From the NCBI GenBank assembly GCA_003551705.1, contig PUNJ01000013.1:7558-71557 (forward strand): a stretch of DNA of 64,000 bases, read 5' to 3'. Source of the DNA: Chloroflexota bacterium (GTDB lineage: Bacteria; Chloroflexota; Dehalococcoidia; UBA2247; RBG-13-53-26). Below are positions 45,519-53,946 of this stretch, piece after piece (position 1 is the first letter of the stretch; the number at the start of each line of letters is the position of its first letter). Under the pieces are notes generated by a model. That model saw only the letters and a program-made list of their open reading frames with translations, made no database searches and was not told the DNA's origin. A program made the position numbers and the translations under genes.

Positions 45519-46412
45519 CTACTTGCTCTGCATTTCGGCTGCCGTGACCGTGTTGACCATGAGCATGGTTACTGTCATGGGTCCAACTCCGCCCGGCACT
45601 GGTGTGATGGCCTTGGCTTTCTGGCTTATGGCGTCAAAATCTACATCGCCCACAAGCCTGAAACCGGACTTCTTGGTCGCATCGGGAACACGGTTCACAC
45701 CTACATCGATAACTACTGCTCCATCTTTCACCATATCGGCGGTGATGGCCTTGGGACTACCCATGGCAGCCACTACAATGTCTCCCAGCTGGACTACCTC
45801 GGCCATGTTCTTGGTCCCGGTATGGACCATGGTAACGGTCGCATTGGCGCCTTTCTTCTTCTGGATAAGGATAGCCAGTACCGGTTTACCTACAATATTG
45901 CTGCGGCCGCAGACAACCACATGCTTTCCTGCGGGGTCGTTACCGCTCCGGACCAGCAGTTCCTGTACTCCATGAGGGGTGCAGGGCATGAAGAACGGTT
46001 CGCCGATGAGAAGCTTGCCCACATTTACCGGGTGGAAGCCATCCACATCCTTGCGAGGATCGATGGCATTCAATACCTTGTCGGCATCAATGTGTTTGGG
46101 CAGGGGGAGCTGTACGAGGATGCCGTGAAACTTTGGGTCGTTATTCAATTCGGCAACTTTCTTGAGTAGCTGCTCTTCGGAGGCGTCCTCGGGTAAAACG
46201 GTGGTATCGGAGTAGATACCCAGTTCTTCGCTGGCCTTGGTCTTGCCTGAGACGTAGGAAACTGATGCTGGATCTTCTCCCACTCTCACCAAAGCCAGGG
46301 CCGGTGTGATGCCCTTGCCTCTTAACTCATCAACCTTTTGTTTCAACTCGGCACGGATTTCCTCTGCTATTTTGGTTCCGCTGATTATCTCCGCTGCCAT
46401 TCTTTGGTTCAC
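45519..46412 (-). CDS. folD: Bifunctional methylene-THF dehydrogenase / methenyl-THF cyclohydrolase
   Basis: PALALVRVGEDPASVSYV...HGILVQLPLP...VVVCGRSNIVGKP...PVPGGVGPMT. Confidence 0.95.
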   Translation of the reverse strand: MNQRMAAEIISGTKIAEEIRAELKQKVDELRGKGITPALALVRVGEDPASVSYVSGKTKASEELGIYSDTTVLPEDASEEQLLKKVAELNNDPKFHGILVQLPLPKHIDADKVLNAIDPRKDVDGFHPVNVGKLLIGEPFFMPCTPHGVQELLVRSGNDPAGKHVVVCGRSNIVGKPVLAILIQKKKGANATVTMVHTGTKNMAEVVQLGDIVVAAMGSPKAITADMVKDGAVVIDVGVNRVPDATKKSGFRLVGDVDFDAISQKAKAITPVPGGVGPMTVTMLMVNTVTAAEMQSK

Positions 46413-46436
46413 CTCCTTTTAGTTAGCTGAGATCTA

Positions 46437-46448
46437 AACCCTCCAGGT
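46437..46448 (-). repeat. Copy C of intergenic 12-mer ACCTGGAGGGTT
   Basis: Exact copy on the minus strand, ending 24 nt upstream of the folD ATG. A near copy, CGCCTGGAGGTT, lies on the plus strand at 46751..46762. Confidence 0.6.
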
Positions 46449-46671
46449 GGAGATTAGCGTGGCCGGCTATTACCAATTCCTATGCTTCATACCCGATCAA
46501 GTTATGCAAGCCTGGCACCGACTTTAGGGGCCGCCAATCTGTCTACCTGGATATTCTCGGGCGTCGTGCCAAGAGGGAAATAGGCAGGAAAAGGTGACGG
46601 GTGGTGAAATACGCAATTCAAAGCATGGCTAAGGACTAGTTTCACCGCCTTTTCCTAAGAACCCATGCAGA

Positions 46672-46701
46672 ATTATAACAGAGGTAAAGACGAAGTAGCA
46701 A
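46672..46701 (-). promoter_or_regulatory. Candidate folD-fhs promoter
   Basis: On the minus strand: TTGCTA, 18-nt spacer, TGtTATAAT (extended -10). This implies a leader of about 250 nt. Confidence 0.5.
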
Positions 46702-46760
46702 CCATGTAACCATAAACCTGGCGATGAGGTACTCCGCTGAATCTCCGACTCGCCTGGAGG

Positions 46761-46790
46761 TTAGACAGTCGTCAAGTCATACTTTATAAT
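46761..46790 (+). promoter_or_regulatory. Candidate argJ promoter (near-leaderless transcript)
   Basis: TTAGAC, 18-nt spacer, TATAAT (46785-46790). Only 8 nt remain before ATG 46799, and there is no SD. Confidence 0.5.
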
Positions 46791-46798
46791 CGAGCCCA

Positions 46799-48016
46799 AT
46801 GAAGTGTGAATGCCATCCCTTGCCTGACGGCAGCGTCACGTCCCCTGGTGGGTTCCTTGCCGGCGCCGTTTCCTGTGGAATAAAGAGCGGATCCGAAGGC
46901 GCTCCGGATCTTGGCATACTCTTCTCCCCTTACCCCTGTATAGCAACTGGTCTATTTACTCAAAACAAGGTCAAAGCCGCCCCTGTTATCCTTTGCCAGG
47001 ATAGGCTGGCTTCCGGCCGTGCGCAGGCCATCGTGGTCAATTCAGGTTGTGCCAATGCCTGCACCGGTGGGCAAGGAATGATCGACGCTGCACAAATGGC
47101 GGGACTGGCTGCCGATGTACTCAAGATTGTGCCGGAGGATGTTCTGGTGGCCAGCACAGGCGTCATCGGTGTTCCAATGGCCATGGAGTGCATCAGCAAG
47201 GGACTGGCGATGATGCGACTCTCCAATGGAGGTGGACATGATCTGGCTTGTGCCATCATGACCACAGATACCTTTGCCAAGGCAACGGCGGTGAGACTTG
47301 ATTTGAACGGGGAGACCATCACAATTGGAGGCATTGCCAAAGGCGCCGGCATGATCCACCCCAACATGGCCACGCTTCTGTCGTTCATTACCACGGACGC
47401 TGTCATGGATGCAGATTTTGCCCGGGCGGCACTGCGCAGGGCGGCAGACCAATCCTTCAATATGGTCTCGGTGGACGGGGATACGAGTACCAATGACACG
47501 TTGATAATGCTGGCCAACGGAGCAGCCGGCAATGCTCTGTTGAGGCCGGGTTCGGCCCGGGCGAAGGCATTCGTGAAGGCCCTGACTGAAGTGTGCGTGT
47601 TCCTGGCCAAATGCATAGCCAGGGACGGCGAGGGGGCTACGAAGCTCATGGAGGTCCATGTCGAGGGTGCCGCCAGCACCAGGGACGCCAGGATCGCCGC
47701 CCGCACCATAGCCACTTCTCCTCTGGTGAAGGCTGCTCTTCATGGTGGTGACCCCAACTGGGGCAGGATCTTGGCTGCTGCGGGACGGAGTGGTGCAGCC
47801 GTTGATCCTCTAAGGGCTGACCTTTACATGGACGGATTCTGCCTGATGCAGGGTGGCAGGCCGGTACCGTTTGATGAGGAAGCTGCTGCTACCATATTGC
47901 GCCTCCCTGAGGTCGTCTTTCGTCTCTGTTTGAACCTGGGTGACAAATCGGCGACGGCATGGGGATGTGACCTGTCCAAAGAATATGTAACCATCAACGC
48001 TGATTACACCACTTGA
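46799..48016 (+). CDS. argJ: Bifunctional ornithine acetyltransferase / N-acetylglutamate synthase
   Basis: GGFLAGAVSCGIK...NSGCANACTG...autoprocessing site ATLLSF. Confidence 0.9.
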   Translation: MKCECHPLPDGSVTSPGGFLAGAVSCGIKSGSEGAPDLGILFSPYPCIATGLFTQNKVKAAPVILCQDRLASGRAQAIVVNSGCANACTGGQGMIDAAQMAGLAADVLKIVPEDVLVASTGVIGVPMAMECISKGLAMMRLSNGGGHDLACAIMTTDTFAKATAVRLDLNGETITIGGIAKGAGMIHPNMATLLSFITTDAVMDADFARAALRRAADQSFNMVSVDGDTSTNDTLIMLANGAAGNALLRPGSARAKAFVKALTEVCVFLAKCIARDGEGATKLMEVHVEGAASTRDARIAARTIATSPLVKAALHGGDPNWGRILAAAGRSGAAVDPLRADLYMDGFCLMQGGRPVPFDEEAAATILRLPEVVFRLCLNLGDKSATAWGCDLSKEYVTINADYTT

Positions 48017-48393
48017 GCGCCACAGTGTTCTCCCCACCGGCAGAACCTGCATAGCTTGTAGGGCCAGCCATGACTGATCCGAGACCGCCATTCTGCCACA
48101 GGAAGGGCCTCTTCATATTCTCCCCCAAGCTCCTTGAGCAGAAAAGTGTCGAGCCTGCGGACCTTGTCTTCCTGGATGGGCGGACTCTGACATCTGTCGT
48201 TCACGCATGAGGGACAGACCCGGCAGATATCGTCGACGCCGTGGACTGCGGTGATGAGCACGTCCCCATCTGCGGTCAACAATTCCTTTGTCCTGACTAA
48301 GGCTTCATAGAAGGTCCGGTCCAATTGCGCGCCATTCAGGTCAATGAAGGGCAGGCAGAAGATATGGTGGGGGCGTAGTTTAAGGTTCAGCAT
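48004..48393 (-). CDS. DUF1284 family putative Fe-S protein
   Basis: The LRPHHIFCL start and the Cys pattern CRVCPSC...C...C are typical of DUF1284. ATG 48393 is preferred over longer in-frame starts. It overlaps the argJ 3' end by 13 nt on the opposite strand. Confidence 0.6.
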   Translation of the reverse strand: MLNLKLRPHHIFCLPFIDLNGAQLDRTFYEALVRTKELLTADGDVLITAVHGVDDICRVCPSCVNDRCQSPPIQEDKVRRLDTFLLKELGGEYEEALPVAEWRSRISHGWPYKLCRFCRWGEHCGAQVV

Positions 48394-48653
48394 AAACGAT
48401 GATTGGTCCATTAGCCAGACATTATAACATGGCAAGAAGCTGCTTTCCTGCGCGTGCTTGTTGCCGGGCTCAGCGAACTGGTTGGAGGAGTCGTAGTATC
48501 GTCGGGCACAATATGCAACGCCGACTGCTATGGGGTCTTTGTACAACAATGCGCAGTGTGATCTTGTGTCAGTTACGCCGGCTAGCGGTGCCCAATTGGC
48601 AATTGCTAACGCTTGTGCCTTTTGTTATTCTTAATCCTTATTCGGAGGACAAA

Positions 48654-49457
48654 TTGAATCAAGCAAAGCAATCCACAGGATTGTTCGTTGTCAAGATAGG
48701 CGGCAGTACCTATGGCAACCATGATACCACCTTGGAGGACCTGGTCACTCTTCAGCAAAGGGGCCAGCATCCTGTGGTCGTTCACGGCGGCGGTAACGCC
48801 ATATCCGAATGGTTGGAACGGTTGTCCGTTCCCGTGAGGTTTGTCAGGGGCCTTAGAGTGACCGATGCCGGGACGCTCCAGGTGGTTGTAGGAGTACTGG
48901 CAGGTATGGTGAATAAGGAACTGGTTGCTGGCATTGAGGTGCTGGGTGGCATGGCTGTCGGGCTATCAGGTGTTGACGGCGGACTGTTGCAGGCTGAGGT
49001 AAAGGAACCCAGTCTGGGTTATGTCGGTGAGGTTGTGCAGGTAGATACGGGAATTATCCATACTCTGGTGGAGGCCAGGTGCATTCCCGTAATAGCGCCT
49101 TTGGGACTCCACAAGTCCAAGAAGAAAGGGGAAAACGGCTACCTTCTGAATCTCAATGCAGATACGGTGGCCGGCGACATAGCGGCTGCCATCAGGGCCG
49201 AAAAACTCATCTTCCTCACCGATGTAGCCGGTATACGCAGTAACATCGGCGAAGTGATAAAGCGGTTATCTCGCGAGGAAGCCAAGGGTTTATTGACCAG
49301 CGGCGTGGCATCGGGTGGCATGATACCCAAAGTTGAAGCCGCACTGCGCGCGCTTGCTACGGTGCCCGTGACCAGGATAATTGATGGCCGGGTCCAGCAC
49401 GCACTATTGCGCGAGATGGAGGGTGCGGGTGTCGGGACCACCATAGGCGACAGATAG
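48654..49457 (+). CDS. argB: Acetylglutamate kinase
   Basis: VVKIGGST...VVVHGGGN...LNADTVAGDIAAAI...GGMIPKVEAAL. TTG 48654 is preceded by GGAGGA with a 5-nt spacer. The longer ORF upstream would overlap the DUF1284 gene. Confidence 0.85.
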   Translation: MNQAKQSTGLFVVKIGGSTYGNHDTTLEDLVTLQQRGQHPVVVHGGGNAISEWLERLSVPVRFVRGLRVTDAGTLQVVVGVLAGMVNKELVAGIEVLGGMAVGLSGVDGGLLQAEVKEPSLGYVGEVVQVDTGIIHTLVEARCIPVIAPLGLHKSKKKGENGYLLNLNADTVAGDIAAAIRAEKLIFLTDVAGIRSNIGEVIKRLSREEAKGLLTSGVASGGMIPKVEAALRALATVPVTRIIDGRVQHALLREMEGAGVGTTIGDR

Positions 49458-49467
49458 GAGCAAGGCA

Positions 49468-50658
49468 ATGCCTGATTGGCAAGCACTGGAGCGACAATAT
49501 TACATGCAGACGGTGAAGAGGTTGCCCGTCACGCTCGTGCGCGGTCAGGGTACCAGGGTTTGGGATGATAAGGGGAAAGAGTACCTGGATTTCGTTGCAG
49601 GATGGGCGGTAACCAGTTTGGGACATTGCCATCCCGTCGTCATACAGGCGCTGACGGAGCAGGCTGGAACGCTGATTCACACATCCAATCAATTCTATAC
49701 GGTGCCGCAGATCATGCTGGCCGAGTTGCTGGTCAAGCACAGTTGCCTGGACAGGGTATTTCTATCCAATAGCGGGACGGAGGCCAACGAGGGTGCGGTG
49801 AAAATGGCCCGCAAGTATGGCAAAATTTATCGCAACAATGCCTTCGAAGTCATAACCACGATGAACTCATTTCATGGACGGACCCTGGCCATGGTGGCGG
49901 CTACCGGGCAGGCCAACTTCCAATCACCCTACGTACCCATGCCTGCCGGTTTCATAAACGTGGAGTACAATCAGATTGAGGCCATCCGGCGGGCCACCAG
50001 CGACAATACCTGCGCGATCATGATCGAGGTCATACAGGGCGAGGGTGGCGTGAACGTTGCTTCAGACGAATATCTGCAGGAAGTCAGAGCGTGGTGTGAC
50101 GAGAAAGGACTGCTGCTGATTCTGGATGAGGTCCAGACTGGGGTAGGCAGGACAGGCACCATGTTTGGCTACGAGCACTCGGGCATTGAACCTGACATAA
50201 TGACTTTGGCCAAGGGTTTGGGCAGTGGCGTACCCATTGGCGCGATACTGGCCAAGGAAAAGGCTGCGGTACTAGAGCCCGGCGAGCATGGAGCCACCTT
50301 TGGTGGTAACGCTCTTGTTTCCGCTGCTGCTTACGCCACGGTGAAGTACGTCCTCGATAATGATATTCTCGGCAATGTTTGCCGGATGAGCGACTACATG
50401 CTTGTCAGGCTGCAGGAATTGAGAGCGAAATATCCTCTCATCACGGATATCCGGGGCAGGGGATTGCTCATGGCATTGCAATTCCGCCGAGATGTTGCCG
50501 AAGACGCTCTGATGGCCTGCCTGGACAAAGGCCTGTTGGTGAACCGCGTAAAGCCGAACACGCTGCGCTTGATGCCGGCCTTGACCATAGGCAGGGATGA
50601 GGTTGATCGTGCCATGGTCATTCTTGGCCAGGTAATGGAGGACCTTCAGGGGCCATAG
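49468..50658 (+). CDS. argD: Acetylornithine aminotransferase
   Basis: Class-III aminotransferase with SNSGTEANEGAVKMARKY, LILDEVQTGVGRTG and the TLAKGLG PLP-lysine motif. Confidence 0.9.
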   Translation: MPDWQALERQYYMQTVKRLPVTLVRGQGTRVWDDKGKEYLDFVAGWAVTSLGHCHPVVIQALTEQAGTLIHTSNQFYTVPQIMLAELLVKHSCLDRVFLSNSGTEANEGAVKMARKYGKIYRNNAFEVITTMNSFHGRTLAMVAATGQANFQSPYVPMPAGFINVEYNQIEAIRRATSDNTCAIMIEVIQGEGGVNVASDEYLQEVRAWCDEKGLLLILDEVQTGVGRTGTMFGYEHSGIEPDIMTLAKGLGSGVPIGAILAKEKAAVLEPGEHGATFGGNALVSAAAYATVKYVLDNDILGNVCRMSDYMLVRLQELRAKYPLITDIRGRGLLMALQFRRDVAEDALMACLDKGLLVNRVKPNTLRLMPALTIGRDEVDRAMVILGQVMEDLQGP

Positions 50659-50831
50659 ACCTTGTTTCTCTGTATCATAACCTCACGTGGTGTGGTCCAA
50701 AATGGTATACTGGTGCGTTGGCGGGTAGTGGCCATGGAAGATAATGGTTGTCCCGTTGGAAGAAGTTTCAGCTAGCTTATCTCAGCCAGGGTCGGACATA
50801 ACCTGGCCCGCAAGGATATAAGGAGAACCAC

Positions 50832-52034
50832 ATGTCGGACAAGGTAGTGCTTGCCTATAGCGGCGGTCTCGATACTTCGGTAGCCATCAAATGGCTCGAG
50901 GAGAAATACGGTATGGATGTGATCGCCTTCACGGTGGATGTGGGCGGCGATCGCGACTTGGACTTCACTCAAAAGAAAGCAGCGGGGGTTGGCGCTATTA
51001 AAGCGGTAGTGGCTGATGCTAAAGAAGAACTGGTCAGGGAATACATATTCCCGGCACTGCAGGCGGGTGCTGTCTACCAGGGTACATATTCACTGGCCAC
51101 TGCCCTGTCCAGACCGTTGATGGCCAAGCTTCAGGTGGAAGTCGCCCTGAGGGAAGGCGCCGCTGCCATAGCACACGGTTGCACAGGCAAAGGCAACGAT
51201 CAGGTGCGGTTTGAGGTGGCTGCTGCCGCACTGGCCCCCCAATTGAAGGTGATAGCTCCTGCCCGGGAATGGGGCATGAGCCGGGAAGAGACCATTGCCT
51301 ATGCCAAGAAGCATGAAATACCGATTCCCATTACGTCAGCCAGTCCCTATAGTATAGATGAGAATCTTTGGGGTCGGAGCATTGAGTGCGGAGTCCTGGA
51401 GGATCCTTGGGTCGAACCGCCGGATGATGTATTTCAATGGACGAATTCGCCGGAGCGAGCCCCCGACCAACCGGGCTACATCGAGCTAGGTTTCGAACAA
51501 GGTTTGCCCGTTTCTGTCAATGGAGAGGTATTGACGGGTCTTGACCTTGTCAATCAGGTAAATGAGATTGCTGGCAGACATGGTGTGGGCAGGGTCGATC
51601 ATATTGAGGACCGTCTGGTAGGTATCAAGTCTAGGGAAATTTACGAAGCCCCGGCTGCCACGGTCATGCTTGCGGCACATCAGGCCCTGGAGGCCATGAC
51701 CCTGTCCAGGGGCCAGTTGAGGTTCAAGAGGATGGTTGCTGACGAGTATGCAGGCCTCATCTATGATGGCCTGTGGTTCAGCTCTCACCGGAACGATCTG
51801 GCGGCCTATGTTAAGAGTACCCAGGAGTATGTGACAGGCTCGGTCCGGTTGAAGCTCCACAAGGGAGGCTTCCAGATTGTCGGTCGCAAATCACCTTATT
51901 CCCTTTACCGGCACGATCTGGCCACCTACGAAAAAGGCGATCTTTTTGACCAGAGTGCGGCGCCGGGCTTTATTCAGCTATGGGGACTGTCCACGAAGGT
52001 ACAGTCCAGGATACAGACCAGGAACAGTGCATGA
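50832..52034 (+). CDS. argG: Argininosuccinate synthase
   Basis: VVLAYSGGLDTS...AHGCTGKGNDQVRFE... Confidence 0.95.
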   Translation: MSDKVVLAYSGGLDTSVAIKWLEEKYGMDVIAFTVDVGGDRDLDFTQKKAAGVGAIKAVVADAKEELVREYIFPALQAGAVYQGTYSLATALSRPLMAKLQVEVALREGAAAIAHGCTGKGNDQVRFEVAAAALAPQLKVIAPAREWGMSREETIAYAKKHEIPIPITSASPYSIDENLWGRSIECGVLEDPWVEPPDDVFQWTNSPERAPDQPGYIELGFEQGLPVSVNGEVLTGLDLVNQVNEIAGRHGVGRVDHIEDRLVGIKSREIYEAPAATVMLAAHQALEAMTLSRGQLRFKRMVADEYAGLIYDGLWFSSHRNDLAAYVKSTQEYVTGSVRLKLHKGGFQIVGRKSPYSLYRHDLATYEKGDLFDQSAAPGFIQLWGLSTKVQSRIQTRNSA

Positions 52035-52133
52035 CCCGGGTACCGGAAGGGTCCCTTTTTTCAAGAGTCCGTCTGTTAAGCGGTGCCCGACTAGAAAGAG
52101 GGCGAATACCAGGTTGTTGGCCCTGGTTAGTTT

Positions 52134-52748
52134 ATGAACCTATTCAGCAAGAGACCAGTTAGTGAAGCCGAGAGACATTACAGGGAGGCAATGCGCCTCC
52201 GTGATCGTAAGAGCAAGGTTTTCAATTTTCGTTTCGCCTTGCAGCACCTGAAACAGGCTATCGCCCTTGAACCCGCCAACCCGGTTTTCCACTTTCAATT
52301 GGGACGAGCCTATGTGGCCGCTCCTTTGTATGCTGTTACCAGGGGTGTAGAGGCGGACTTCAATATCAACGATTCGGCCCATTTAGCTATCGCGTCATCG
52401 AAAGAAGCACTCAGGCTCAAGCCGGACTACGTTGAGGCCTTTGTCGTGCTTGGTGAAGCGTATCTTTACCTTGGGGAGACTGAAAACGCGGTCAAGTCCT
52501 TTGATTCCGCCCTGTCCTTCAAGAGCGATGCCAGGATTCGGGCGCATGCTGAAGTTGAGAGAAACCAGGCAGAAGAGGGTCTAAGCAAGAAGCCGGATGC
52601 CGGCAAGGCCAGTGAGCATCTTGAAAGAGCGGCCAGCTACAGGGGGCTGGGCAATTATCGTGAAGCTGATCGCGAACTGGATCGGGCCCTGAAACTGGCC
52701 CCTGACTGGAAGTGGCTGTACCAGAAGTTATGCAAGTATGGGAAGTAG
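52134..52748 (+). CDS. TPR-repeat protein
   Basis: Several TPR-like helix pairs (ALEPANPVFHFQLGRAY, LKPDYVEAFVVLGEAYLYLGETENAVKSFDSAL, YRGLGNYREADRELDRALKLAP). Confidence 0.65.
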   Translation: MNLFSKRPVSEAERHYREAMRLRDRKSKVFNFRFALQHLKQAIALEPANPVFHFQLGRAYVAAPLYAVTRGVEADFNINDSAHLAIASSKEALRLKPDYVEAFVVLGEAYLYLGETENAVKSFDSALSFKSDARIRAHAEVERNQAEEGLSKKPDAGKASEHLERAASYRGLGNYREADRELDRALKLAPDWKWLYQKLCKYGK

Positions 52749-52766
52749 CATAAAGACTGCAAGATA

Positions 52767-53675
52767 GTGGACCATTTAAAGGGCAGGCGAAAAAGCACAC
52801 ACACGAGCGCCTTCGGCGCGCCCGGCCGTATTGGACACGACGCGACACAGTTCTATTCCAGCAAATTGTATGAAGGACGCGCTGTCATCGTTCCTTCACA
52901 AGAGACCGAGAACCCCGTTCCTCCAAGCTCGATTGACGCGGTCTACTGCAAGAGCAGTGAGCGCATGACTGAGATCCCCGAGGGCAGTGTCCACTTGATG
53001 ATCACTTCACCGCCCTATAATGCCAGTAAAGAATACGATGAGGACTTGACGCTGGCCGATTATGTTGGATTATTGAGAAGAGTTTTCGAGGAGACGTATC
53101 GAAAGCTGGTCACGGGCGGTCGAGCTTGCGTCAACATTGCAAACCTCGGTCGAAAGCCTTATATACCCTTACACAGTTACGTTATCCAGGAAATGTTGTC
53201 CATAGGGTTTATGATGAGAGGCGAGATCATCTGGGATAAAGGGACCAGCGGTCTTTCTTCGACTGCGTGGGGTTCCTGGTGTTCCCCCGCCAATCCGACG
53301 TTACGCGATGTCCACGAATATATATTGATCTTTTCCAAGGGGACTTTTGGCAGGAAAACGGGCTCAGAGGGCAAGAGGGCCACGATTACCAGGGACGATT
53401 TCCTTAACTTGACCAGGAGCGTTTGGACGTTTCCTGCGGAATCCGCCCGCCGTGTCGGGCATCCGGCTCCCTTTCCCATAGAGCTGCCGCGCCGTCTGAT
53501 AGAGCTTTTCACCTTTACGGGAGATGTGGTCCTGGACCCTTTCTGTGGCGGTGGTGCAACTTGCCTGGCCGCGCTGGCCACCGGGAGGCATTACGTGGGC
53601 TACGATATCGAAGAGAAGTACGTTCGTCTGGCTGAACAGCGTATTACGGATTGGAAGAAACGGTATCAGGGATAA
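52767..53675 (+). CDS. Beta-class DNA methyltransferase (N4-cytosine or N6-adenine), no cognate endonuclease nearby
   Basis: Motif IV SPPY (HLMITSPPYNASKEYD) precedes motif I (VLDPFCGGGATCLAA). This is the circular permutation typical of N4/N6 beta-class MTases. GTG start is uncertain. Confidence 0.85.
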   Translation: MDHLKGRRKSTHTSAFGAPGRIGHDATQFYSSKLYEGRAVIVPSQETENPVPPSSIDAVYCKSSERMTEIPEGSVHLMITSPPYNASKEYDEDLTLADYVGLLRRVFEETYRKLVTGGRACVNIANLGRKPYIPLHSYVIQEMLSIGFMMRGEIIWDKGTSGLSSTAWGSWCSPANPTLRDVHEYILIFSKGTFGRKTGSEGKRATITRDDFLNLTRSVWTFPAESARRVGHPAPFPIELPRRLIELFTFTGDVVLDPFCGGGATCLAALATGRHYVGYDIEEKYVRLAEQRITDWKKRYQG

Positions 53676-53889
53676 TCCGAGAACTTGGTCATTCACCGTC
53701 CTGATTTCTTCTAATAGGAGTAAAGATCTTACTCGAAGCCAAGACCTGACAGGGCGATTTTTCTGACTATAGGCTACCTTTTCGTCCTTCGAACCTGTAT
53801 CCACCTGGAGCAGTCGAAATTATTCCTGTTGCCGTGTAAGGAATCGTAGACTTGGGGGTAATCGTCTGAAGCGGCCGGCATCATCAGCT

Positions 53890-53918
53890 TTCGCAATTGG
53901 GCGCGTTTAACTTATAAT
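53890..53918 (+). promoter_or_regulatory. Candidate argH promoter
   Basis: TTCGCA, 17-nt spacer, TATAAT (53913-53918), 28 nt before ATG 53947. Confidence 0.45.
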
Positions 53919-53946
53919 AGGGCATCTAAGGATTCAAGAACCATTC

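Noticed and set aside
46413-46665. ZTP (pfl) or THF riboswitch in the folD leader
   Set aside because: I looked for the conserved ZTP 3' element CCGCCUGGGC with its upstream GACUGGCG core, and for THF-like cores. Only loose resemblances were found (AUUGGCGG, GUGCCAGGC). This is not enough to call a known class, and an Infernal scan is needed.
52767-53675. Possible complete restriction-modification system
   Set aside because: No endonuclease-like, specificity or helicase ORF is found on either side. The neighbours are a TPR protein and argH, so it is treated as an orphan methyltransferase.
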